NCBI GenBank assembly: GCA_951406725.2
Contig: OX597820.1
Coordinates: 434,001 to 498,000, forward strand
DNA: 64,000 bases
Reading direction: 5' to 3'
Source of the DNA: Octopus vulgaris
Lineage: Eukaryota
The position numbers were made by a program, and so were the translations under genes. Each line of letters starts with the position of its first letter. Within the stretch, counting starts at the first letter, position 1. Shown one piece after another: positions 25,701 to 37,400 of the stretch. The notes below the pieces were generated by a model. The model saw only the letters and a program-made list of their open reading frames with translations, did no database searches and was not told the DNA's origin.

Positions 25701-27988
25701 ATCTTAATTTAGACGAGGAATTTTTGATTAGCTGTGATTGTACCGATGGCTGTCGGGTAATGTATCACCTTATGATATTATTTACACAAGTTGTACCAGT
25801 AATATGTAGGGATGCATGTTAGAGTGCTTCTCAACTGTTTTTTACCCATGGGCCTTTTTGATTCCTATTTTATTTTACTTGATACCTGACTGGCTCTTGT
25901 GCTGGTGGCACGTAAAAAGCACCCACTACACTCTTCAGAGTGGTTGGTGTTAGGAAGGGCATCCAGCTGTAGAAACCTTGCCAGATCAGATTGGAGCCTG
26001 TTGCAGCCTCCTGGCTTGCCAGTCCCCAGTCAAACCGTCCAACCCATGCCAGCATGGAAAATGGACGTTAAACAATGATGATGAGGGATGCCGATAACCA
26101 TTTTGAAATTTAAAAAATATCAGGAATTGTATAGGAAAATTGTTAAAATATTTTGTGTATTGTAAAAGTATAACTGGTTTACGTTATTTACATTTGACGG
26201 ATATTTGTCCTCATCTTGTTTGTTGTTAACGCAATGTTTCAGCTGATATCCCCTCAAGCCTTCATCAGGTGTCTTGGGGAATGGGAACCCAGGTTTGAAA
26301 TTTTCCCATGATTCCTGATGAAGGCTGGAGGGTATATCAGTCAGAATGTTTTGTTAACAACAAAGGAATGGGAACCCAGGTTTGAAATTTCCCCAAGACA
26401 CCTGATGATGGCTGGAGGGTATGTCAGCCGAAACATTGTGTAAACAACAAACAAGATGAGGACAAATATCCATCAAATGTAAATAATGTAAATAATTCCT
26501 CATCTCTTAAATATAGAACTGTATAACTGGTTTATTGCACATAGTTTGTAATAACTGAATCTTATGCAGATTCCCAAGAGCCATATGGATCCTGGTTGAG
26601 AATCCCTGTGTTAGAGGATTTGTTAGCAACAAGATTCATTTGATGCTCCGGTATGTTTGACTGGTTACGAAGGGGAGGGGAAAGATGATGCCAGAAACTG
26701 CTGAGAAAGTCAGCTGTTATATCTGGCTCAAAAGAGAGGACAAGTTGTGCAGCGAGAGTGAATATTGAACATGGTAGAAACATTTGACTCAGTCACAACA
26801 AAGTTTGTGCTGTTGCACAGGAGTCTTCTGACCTCCATTGGTGGATGGCAGCTCTGGTGTCATATTGGAAGGGGCTGAAGCACCTACAGTAAACCCTTGA
26901 TCCACTACAAGGATTTAACTCTAAATTTTGTGTAGTTTTGTTTGGTTTTGGTTTGTGTTTACATGCTATTTAGCCCTAGGTTAGCCCTGGTTGAGAAGAT
27001 CTAAATCAAAGTTATTCCAGCTGTGACCACCCATTTTTCTTTCCAAACATGATAGTGGATTTAGGTAGGGGTAAATGGAGGGATATTTAGTTATTTCTAG
27101 CAGGTCAAGCAAACATACAGACCAACCCTTTTTGGTTTGTGTGCTTTTGTTTGTATAGATGTCGTTGGGGTTTGTGTGAAATGTGTTCTGGTTTAGGACA
27201 AATGTTGCTATAATTTAGCCTGAGGAGACATCGTCTCCAGCTGGCTGTACGACACAATCTGTGTCCTTATATTTTCAAACAAGGGAATCTAGCACCCCGA
27301 CTCAGCTGAAAATAATATCTCTGTATTTCGATTTCTGGGTTATTTCCCTTCATCAGCACAGAATAATTGTTCGACTAGAAGTGGCACTACCAAATTCCAG
27401 TTTGAAATTTATAGTTTTCAAAGTGACAACTAGTCACTGATCTATAAAATAGAAAATTACTATTTTTAAATCTCTCAACGAGAAAAAAACTCTATATTTC
27501 AAACAGGAATTTGGCAGTGCCACCTCTAGCTGAACAATTATTCTTTACTGATGAAGAGAAATAACTTGGAAATAGCGATACACAGATATTGTTTTGAGCT
27601 GAGTGGAGGTACTAGATTCCCTTGTTCGAAAATATAAGGATACAGATTGTGTCGTACAGCCAGCTGGAGACGATGTCTCCTGGGGCTAAATTACAGCAAC
27701 ATTTGTCCTAAACCAGGACTGCCATGTTATGCTGGCAAATAAGCTTTACTCCAATGTCTCAGATTGTTCATCTTTTCTCTCCCAGTCTCTTCTCACTCTA
27801 TTGAAGTTTCAATCCTTCAGTCATTGTCTTTTTTTCTCTCTCTCCCTTCAGGACAGAACTAAATGTGCATGTATTCAGATGACAATTGAAGCCACCACAG
27901 CCAGTCCGGGTGGCCATGCAGATGAGAGTGTTGGCTATAAGTATCGACGTTTGAGTGAACCAATTCTAACAGGGTAAGGCACACATAT

Positions 27989-28025
<37 letters not shown>

Positions 28026-28364
28026 CAAATTGTTTTAGATTTTTTACAAACAACTTGCAGATGCTATTGCTACCAGTTGAAAGCTCTGCATACTGGATGC
28101 TGGCAAATTTATGGGGTCACCAGGAGAAAAAATGTGTGCTGTTTCAAGGCCTTCCTCTTGATGGCATCATGCCCCCCCCCCCCCCAATGGGGCTCTGCTT
28201 GCTATAAAGACTGGTTATCAGGTTTTGCTCAGTATTCTCTTTTAAATCAAATCCAGTGGCTTGCTTTCTCCACTGCAGTCTAGATGTCACTCATGATGGT
28301 GTGTGTGTGATCATCATCGTTTAACGTCCGTTTTCCATGCTAGCATGGGTTGGACACTAGCATG

Positions 28365-28402
<38 letters not shown>

Positions 28403-31400
28403 GGGGAAGCTTTATGAAAATAAACAAAAGACGAAGGCAGGTGGAAAACAAACGAACAATTGTATTAGTATGGCGCTCAGGAAATATAAATAAAACAAGT
28501 CTTTAACGTTTCGAGCCTACGCTCTTCAACAGAAAGATACACAGAGAGAGAAAAACACAGAAAGAAGGAGAGAAAAAAATGCGTGCAGTAGCTAACGAAT
28601 CAACATGGCGATCTGATTTCGGCCAGAGGTCAAAGATCAAACATGAGACGCGAGAGCGAAATAAGGGGAGATAATAGGGTTGATAAATGGGTTGAGGGAC
28701 CAGCTAAAAGTGCGTGGGAGGGGTCTGGATGTGTATATGTATAGGGTTGGTGTATGTATTAGTATGTATAAGGGTGTGTGTGTGTGTGTGTGTGTGTATG
28801 AGAGAGTATTAGTGCGTAAGATTGGTCTGGACGTGCGTATGTATGGGGTTGGTGTATGTATTAGTATGTATTAGTATGTATTAGTACGTATTGGTATGTA
28901 TAGGTGTGTGTGTGTGTGTGAGAGAGAGTATAAGTGCGTATGAGGGGTCTGGACGTGTGTATGTATAGGGTTGGTGTAAGTATTAGTATGTACTGGTATG
29001 TATTAGTACGTATTAGTATGTATTAGTTGGTGTGTGTATTAATATGGCACATCATATGTGATGTGATGTGTAAAGTCATGTGGTGTAGTGAGGGGGAGGG
29101 GGAGGAGAGGATGGGGAGAAGGAAGGGGATGAGGGGGATGAAGGAGGAAAGAGGGAGAGGGGGAGAGAGAAGGGGAGAGAGGGAGTGAGGGAGCAGAGGG
29201 AAGGGGAAGAGGGAGGGAGAAAGAGGGAAGAAGGGAAGGGGAGTAGGGGTGAAAGGATGAAGGACTGAAGAAGTAGGGGTCGGGGGAGAAAGGATAGGTG
29301 AGGAGGGGGGAGAGGGGGTTAGATGAGGAGGGGGGAGAGTTGAGACCAAATGGCGTATAAGAGCGAAGAGAGAAGATTAATTCCTGTTCACGGCGCAAAC
29401 GGGAATCCGGATGGCCTCTGTGTAAGGACAAACCGAACACAGATAGGTGTTGCAAGGAGTGACCGGTGGAGCGGAAATGGCGTGAGACTGGTGTGTCGTT
29501 CGCAAGGTGGATGTCACGAAGGTGTTCCGCGAACCGGTCAGCCAAGCGGCGTCCCGTTTGTCCGATGTACAAGGAATTGCAGAGAGAGCAAGAGATGCAA
29601 TAGATAATATTGCTGGAGGTGCAGGTGAAGGAGTGGATGATGGGATAGGGTCGATGGTGGGTGCTAGTGAGGCGGGTGGTGTTGGAGAGGTAAGGGCAAG
29701 TGCGGCAACGTGGGCGGGAAGGATCATTTTATGACTTCATTAAATCAAAAAGTAATTTTATTAGACCAGAGAACAGAAACAAAAGTAGGACTGCAGCTGG
29801 AAGTGCTCAGGTGAGACACTGAGGCGAAAGGAGCTAGAAGGGCTCAGGTGAGACACTGAGGCGAAAGGAGCTAGAAGGGCTCAGGTGAGACACTGAGGCG
29901 AAAGGAGCTAGAAGTGCTCAGGTGAGACACTGAGGCGAAAGGAGCTAGAAGGGCTCGGGTGAGACACTGAGGCGAAAGGAGCTAGAAGGGCTCAGGTGAG
30001 ACACTGAGGCGAAAGGAGCTAGAAGGGCTCAGGTGAGACACTGAGGCGAAAGGAGCTTGAAGGGCTCAGGTGAGACACTGAGGCGAAAGGAGAAATAAAC
30101 TGAAAGGTATAATGAATAAACGCTCCAAAACAACTTTCCCAATCATTCCCAAATTACCAAAAATCGAATCGTTCATCGTTTAACATCCGTTTTCCATGCT
30201 AGCATGGGTTGGATGATTTATCTGAGGACTGGTGAACCAGATGGCTGCACCAAGCTCCAGTCTGATCTGGTAATGTTTCTACAGCTGGATGCCCTTCCTA
30301 ACACCAACCACTCTGAGAGTAGTGGGTGCTTTTTACGTGCCACCGGCATGAAGGCCAGTCAGGCATATAGATATATATGAAAACAATAGGGCACGCAATG
30401 GTTAAACCCAACAGTATACCTACACATAAATAAAAGGTGATAAAACCTAAAAGGGTAATACAAGTGAAATCGAATGAAGAATGTGATAACCAGAAATGTG
30501 AAGCAGATGAAAAGATGTTGCCTTTGGATTTCCCCAATGGATTGTACATCAACGATGTGAAGCAGCATTCTTTGAAACGATTGTAGAGATGGGCTTGAAT
30601 GGACTCTGTTCTGGTTACTTTACACTTTTATATTTATACTCTTGTATTTTTATATATTTATATATTATTTCAGCTCCACTGCCTTAAATATTTAGTCGCC
30701 TTCATGAATTTATTCCATATATATTTTTTATTCATTCAACTTCTCCTATTACCCTTTTAGGTCTTATCACCATATATTTGTGTGTGTATATTTTATACTG
30801 TTGGGTTTAACCATTGGGTGCCCTATTATTTCAATATATATTTATATTTGATTTTTAATAATTTGGGAATGATATAAAGTTGTTTTGACTGATTGGAGCA
30901 CTTATTCATTATACCTTTCAATTTATATGTAAAAGCAGAACTAAGTTATTCTTTAATCTAATGTGTACGTGCGCTGCTCTCTCTCGCCTCTTTCCCTTTT
31001 TACCATTTGGATGCCTTTACAGGAGATTGAACAACAATTAATTGCATGTACATGATGTGTGTGTGTGTGTATTTGTGTATATTTTGCTGAAGTACATCAA
31101 CAAAACATACAAACACTGATGACAAGAACAAAAAAAGGCAAGTACTTTTGAGCAAAAATACCCTTTGTGGTATTTCTCCAACCCAAGTTGTGCAGACAAT
31201 CCCTTATCACTCCCACTACCAACTGGAAACTTGGAATCACAACTGCCATTATGTTACGAAATGTGATGTAAATTTAAGAGAAATATGCAAAAGAAGTTGT
31301 TTGTAAATGCAGTCTTTTATATTTGTTTTTTTGTTGGTTGTTTCAGCATTTATGAATGTAGCAGCCGATGTAAATGTGACTACAGATGTTTCAACAAAGT

Positions 31401-34400
31401 TGCACAGAATGGCCTGCAGTTGCGACTACAAGTGTTCAAAACAGAAAAACGGTAAGAAAAATATTTTGTTGAATTGCAGATCTTTGAACTAGTATGCTGT
31501 GTAATTTGGCCAAGAATATTTTTTTCCTTTGTGCATGTATTTGTAATTAATTATATCGTATTGTGTGTGTGTGTGTGCACATGCATGAAACCAATCACAT
31601 CATCATCATCATCATCGTTTAACCTCCGTTTTCCGCGCTAGCACAGGTTGGACGGTTCAACCGGGGATCTGGGAAGCCAGGAAGCTGCACCAGGCTCCAG
31701 TCTGATCTGGCAGTGTTTCTACAGCTGGATGCCCTTCCTAATGCCAACCACTCCGTGAGTGTAGTGGGTGCTTTTTACGTGCCACCTGCACAGGTGCCAG
31801 GGGAGTCTGGCAGCGGCCCCGATCGGTTGGTGCTTTTAACGTGCCTCCGGCACGGAAGCCAGTCAAGGCGGCACTGGCATCGGCCACGTTCGGATGGTGC
31901 TTTTTACGTGCCACTGGCACGGAAGCCAGTCTAGGCGTGTTTATTTAATATCTCTCTACCCTCCAGGCATCTGGAATCCTGAGTTGAGTGGGTGAAAACT
32001 TGGCCCCCAAACGACAGTTTTGAGTTCATTCCCAGTATTTGGAATCCTTGGGTGAGTGTCATCAACTCTAGCCCCAAGGTGACCAAAGTCTTGTAAGTGG
32101 ATTTGCTTGGTGTTATGAAGGGCATCCAGCTGTAAAAAATCCTACCAAAACAGTCACAGAAGTCTGGTGCAGGCTCCTGTCAAATCGTCCCACCCATGCC
32201 AGCCTGAAAGGCAGACATTAAATTGATGAAACTGAAAAAAGCCCATTGTGTGTGTCCTCATCTTGACATGGTGTGGTTGCTGTAAGCGAGTGTCATTCAT
32301 TTCCATTATTCTGTGAGAATACGTCTGGCTATGGGAAAATGTTACCTGAGTTGGAAACAGGTGAGTGTTGGTGATTGACCAATTTGGAGGTGGGGACAGT
32401 GGTGGCAATAGCTCCGAATAAGAACTGATTTGAAAGGTGGTGACTCATCCAGCACACGTACCAGGCATGGCAAAAGTGAACCTAGGCTCAGAGATGGCTG
32501 TGGGGTTAAGAAGTTTGTTCCCCAACCATGTGACACGAAAATTAGTGTCATGTCATTGTTGATATTTTTTAGCCCCAGGCCAGCCAGCATTGAGCAACTT
32601 TATTATCAAAGGCATTTTACATTATCAAAAGTAACTGTGTGGTTCAGAAGCTTGCTTCCCAACCGTGCGGTCTTGGGTTCAGTCCCACTGTATGGCACCT
32701 TGCGTAAGTGTCTTTTACTGTAGCCCAAGGCTGATGAAAACCTTGTCAGTGGACTTGGTACACAGAGACCGAAAGAAACCATTGTTTGACATCACATGAT
32801 TGTTGTAAACAACTGAGCAGTTCATTTCTGTCTGGTCGTGGGAGATATGTTGCTTAGAAACCGGTAAGAGTTGTTGACAGGAAAGGCATCTGGCCATAGA
32901 AAATATGCCTCAATCCACTTCATCTGACCCATGCAAGCATGGGAAAGTGGACATTAAGTAACAAACTTGTCTCTCCTTTTTTAATATGATAAGGTATAAG
33001 TCAAAGGAGATTTGGATGCTATTTCTAGCAGATCGGATTCTTGTCACTGCCTTGTTATAGTTTCCATGGTGATGGCGTTGATGTGTATTTTTAAGAGAGT
33101 TTTAAATTTAAAATATGACAACACTACTTACCTTTGTTGTGGAATATTTATTACTAGCAGTATCGCCCGGCGTTGCTCGGGTTTGTAAGGGAAATAACTA
33201 TATAAGCATTTTTAGAGAGTTATAGCCAAAAAATAGCAAAAAAATGCATTAAAAATTGAAAAAAAATTAAGGTAAATTTTTTTAAAAATCGTTGACACAT
33301 CGTAGATATTTTTAGAGAGTTACTTGCCTTATATAAAAGCGAAAAAAATGCATTAAAATGGAAAAATATGATGGTAAATTTTTTTAAATCGTAGACTCAT
33401 CGTAGACGCACGCTAATACCCAGAAGGGCTCGATATGAATCACGACTATAAGATACCCGCTTTTGGTTAAACTGCACCGCAAAATGTGGGAGTAGTTAGG
33501 AATCTAAATCGTAGGAGACAGACACACAACTTCACTCTTATATAAAGATGCTTTTTTTTTTTTCAGTCATAGAGTTAGATTTATGAAGGTCTTCAGTAGA
33601 AAATCCTTCGAATTCTGACTCGCTGCTTGATATAATGAAATTTGTATCCATTTTTTGTCAGAATTACAAATTTTGAAAACACAATAGGAACAAATTTCGG
33701 AAAAAAATCTCCCATAATTCACGGAATTAAAATTACACTTCGATTTTTGTACAAAACTGTAGTTGAAGTGTTTACGAAGTATAATACGTGTTTTCACGAA
33801 TGTACTAAAGAGATTTGCTCTGATATTCTCATTTAAATATGAATAGGTAAATTCAGGCGGCTTGGTAACTATATATGTGTCGTCTGTTTATACATAAACA
33901 CTTTCATACTGCAATTATATATACATATATCTATATATAATATTATATAATAAAATATATACAGAGTAAAATAAAAACCAATTTACCTTTTCTGTCCGTC
34001 CGTGTGTCTTTGCAAATGTGTTGGAATGATAAATGAGTTGAGTTTTGGCGCCTTTTTTACTAATAACAAACACACACGTGTTTGTATGTAGTTGTATGTA
34101 GTTGTATATGTATGTGTATGCGTGTGTGTGAGGAATGACACACACACACTCACGCACGCACACATGTACATCAATGCTTTCGGAGTGATATGTTAAAATA
34201 TTGAGTTTTCTCGAATTTTGTCTAAATTGGTGGTAAAATTGAAAGAAATTTTTTATGGCATCACCCACTGAAGTACTCTGAAAAATCTTAGGTAAATTCT
34301 AATTGAAGAAATTGTGTGAGGAGTAAATGGTTATGTATTTATTTGTTTCTGTTTGCTGTGTTTTTTTATTTTTTGAGTAGTGGTTTAAATACTTTCAGTT

Positions 34401-37400
34401 TAGTCTTCCTCAAATCACTCTGTCGCTATTTACTTTCATTTTATTCGTTGCACACTGTGTGTGTGCGTTTGCGTGTGGTGTAAACCAGACTAAGAAAAGC
34501 ATTTGACACACACACCAGAATGTGAGTTTTCTGTAAATTTTGCTTAATTGGAGTTTAAATTTTAAAAACTGGACCTGGCATGACGCGATGCATTCTACTC
34601 TTAAAAATGCCAGGTAAATTGTAATTGAAGAAATCCTATATTGTAGATTTCTATAACTCCCAAAGGGAGGCAGATAAAATCTGCCTTTTATAATAAGAGA
34701 TTATTATTATTGGGCAGCAAGCTGGCAGAATTGTTAGCTTGCTGGGCAAAATGCTGAGCAGTATTTTGTCCATTGCTACATTCTGAGTTCATATTCCGCC
34801 AAAGTCAATTTTGCCTTTCATCCTTTCGGGGTTGATAAAATAAGTACCAGTTGTGTACTGGGGCTGATGTAATTGGCTCATCCCTTCCCCCAAAGCTGCT
34901 GCCCTTGTGGCAAAATTTGAAACCATTATTATTATTATTATTATTATTTGTTTTCAGGGGCTGGGGTCTGCGCTGCTTGGACGATATTCCAACTGGTGGC
35001 TTTATTTGTATTTATGCTGGTCAGTTGTTGACAGAACAAGGAGCCAATGAGGTATGTTTACTTGATCTAAGCATTCACTTGTTACTAGAATATTTCCAAA
35101 CAACATCCTACTATTGTGTTCCTTTCCAAACCAAAATCAATGCAGACAATTTTCATCGTTTCCATACCATTTGGCCTCTGGCTCTGTCACATGAAATTCC
35201 TTTCATGGAAGTTTCATGTTGGTTTATGTTCCAAACATCAGCCAAACAACAACGGATCTTTCACTAAATTCTTCATTGTTTTCAAGATTATTTGAAGCAA
35301 AGGCAATGTATGTCATCAGAAATATTGTAACAAAACGATTAAATAATTCCAAACAGGCGCAGGAGTGGCTGTGTGCTAAGTAGCTTGCTTACCAACCACA
35401 TGGTTCCAGGTTCAGTCCCACTGTGTGGCGCCTTGGGCATGTATCTTCTATAGTCTCAGGCCGACCAAAACCTTGTGAGTGGATTTGGTAGATGGAAACT
35501 GAAAGAAGCCCGTTGTGTGTGTTTGTTTGTCTCCCCTCTCTGACATCGCTTGACAACCGATGCTGGTGTGTTTACGTCCCCCGTAACTTAGCATTTCAGC
35601 AAAAGAGACCGATAGAATAAGTACTAGGCTTACAAAGAATAAGTCCTGGGGTCAATTTGCTGAACTAAAGGTGGTGCTCCAGCATGGCCACAGTCAAATG
35701 ACTGAAAGAAGTAAAAGAGTATATACTTAAAACAAAATAACTGTAAATTTGAAAACAGCAAAGGGTAATCTTTCTCTTGTTATTTGTTTTAGTTATTCGA
35801 CTGTCCCCATGCTGGAGCAGTGCCTTGAAGGGTTTTAGTCAAATAGATCAACCCCAGTATTTATTTTTTCCAAGTCTGGTACTCATATAATCAATCTGTT
35901 TTGCTGAATCACTCAGGAGATGTAATCAAACCAACACCAGTTATCAAGTGGAAAAGTGTAGTTTAAATCCGAAGCATTATATTATGGGACCAGCTTTCGA
36001 GCTTGAGAAATATGCTGACAGAATACTGTTAGGAGGATGTATTACACCCTCTGAGGGTCTTGTGAGTTACTTGGTGATCTGACTGGGGCCAGTGCCATGA
36101 GAAATGCACCCAGTGGTCGGCGTTAGGAAGGTCATTCAGCCATAGAACCCATGCCAAAGTAGACTGTAGAGCTTGGTACAGTCTCTCGGCTCTCACCAGC
36201 TCCTGTCAAACTGTTCGACCTATGCCTGTATGGAAAATGGACATTAAATGATGATTAGTTCACTCCCTTCTCTGCGGCACCAGAGTTTCTATGGTTTGGA
36301 GGAAAGAGAAAATCAGTCACAACAAAAAAAAAAAAAAAGAATTCTTTATAATTGACTCTTAGTATTTACCCTGCTTTGGTATTTTGTAGTGGAATACTTG
36401 TAAACTTTTCTGTTAATAATTCCTCTTTTCCAACTGACCGATTTCGCTGTTGTTCCACTGATCAGGATGGCCAGCAGTATGGGGACGAATACCTTGCAGA
36501 GCTTGACTACATTGAAGTGGTTGAGAAACACAAAGAAGGTTATGAAAGTGAAGTTGTTGATCTTGATGATGCGGAGAGTACCTCCTACTCTTCACTCTCC
36601 TCCAATAGCAGCAGATCTTCAAACACTGCAGATCAGTAAGTAATCTTCATTCTTTATCATCGTACTCCATTGCTGTGTGTGTCTCTCCAGCTGGACTTTC
36701 ACGGACTTTCTTCATGCTATCGTCAGTGGGATTTGAAGCAAATATGTATATTTGAATATGAATTCTCTCCAGGATGTTATTTTTGGAATTTCCTCTCTGC
36801 ACATGGTTTTCTTGTAGCCATTGACTGTCAGCTGTTCAAGGATAACATTATTAACCCTTTAGTATTTAAACCAGCCACATCCAGTTGGAAATATTCCAAA
36901 CTGGCCAGATTCAGCCTCTCACAGCTACCCTAGTCTCATTCTTAAAATATAGTCACCTCATCAAACTCTCAAAGCTACAAGATACTGCATGATTAATTCA
37001 GAACATTATGAATAAATTAGCATACATTTGGCAGAGTTATCTGAATGCTAAAGGGTTCACTACATTGATGTCAGTCTTCAGGGGCTTCCAAAAGTCATGA
37101 GCTGAGGTCCTTCCTCTAGACATGAACAGTTGAGTGAAACAGAAAGCAAGCAACTATGGGCTGTGAAGGCACATGGCTCAGTGGTTAGACCGTCAAACTT
37201 ATGATCATGAGTTTGAATCCCAGACCGGGCTACATGTTGTGTTCTTGAGCAAGACACTTTATTTCACGTTGCTCCTGTTCACTCAGCTGTAGAAATGAGT
37301 TGTCACGCCACTAGTGCCAAGCTGTATCGGCCCCTTTGACTTTCCCTTGGATAACATCAGTGGTGTGGAGAGGGGAGGCCGGTATGCATGGGCGACTGCT

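Larger units (their letters stand above)
25822..26608. mobile_element. Probable hAT-type MITE hosting two nested insertions
   Basis: Ends gtgcttctcaac / gttgagaatccctg, flanked by tgttagag on both sides; contains an RTE 3' fragment (~25885-26085) and the 26182-26520 element. Confidence 0.5.

Noticed and set aside
29023-29349. Pro/Ser/Leu-rich ORF
   Set aside because: It comes from a low-complexity purine tract in the Penelope 3' region.
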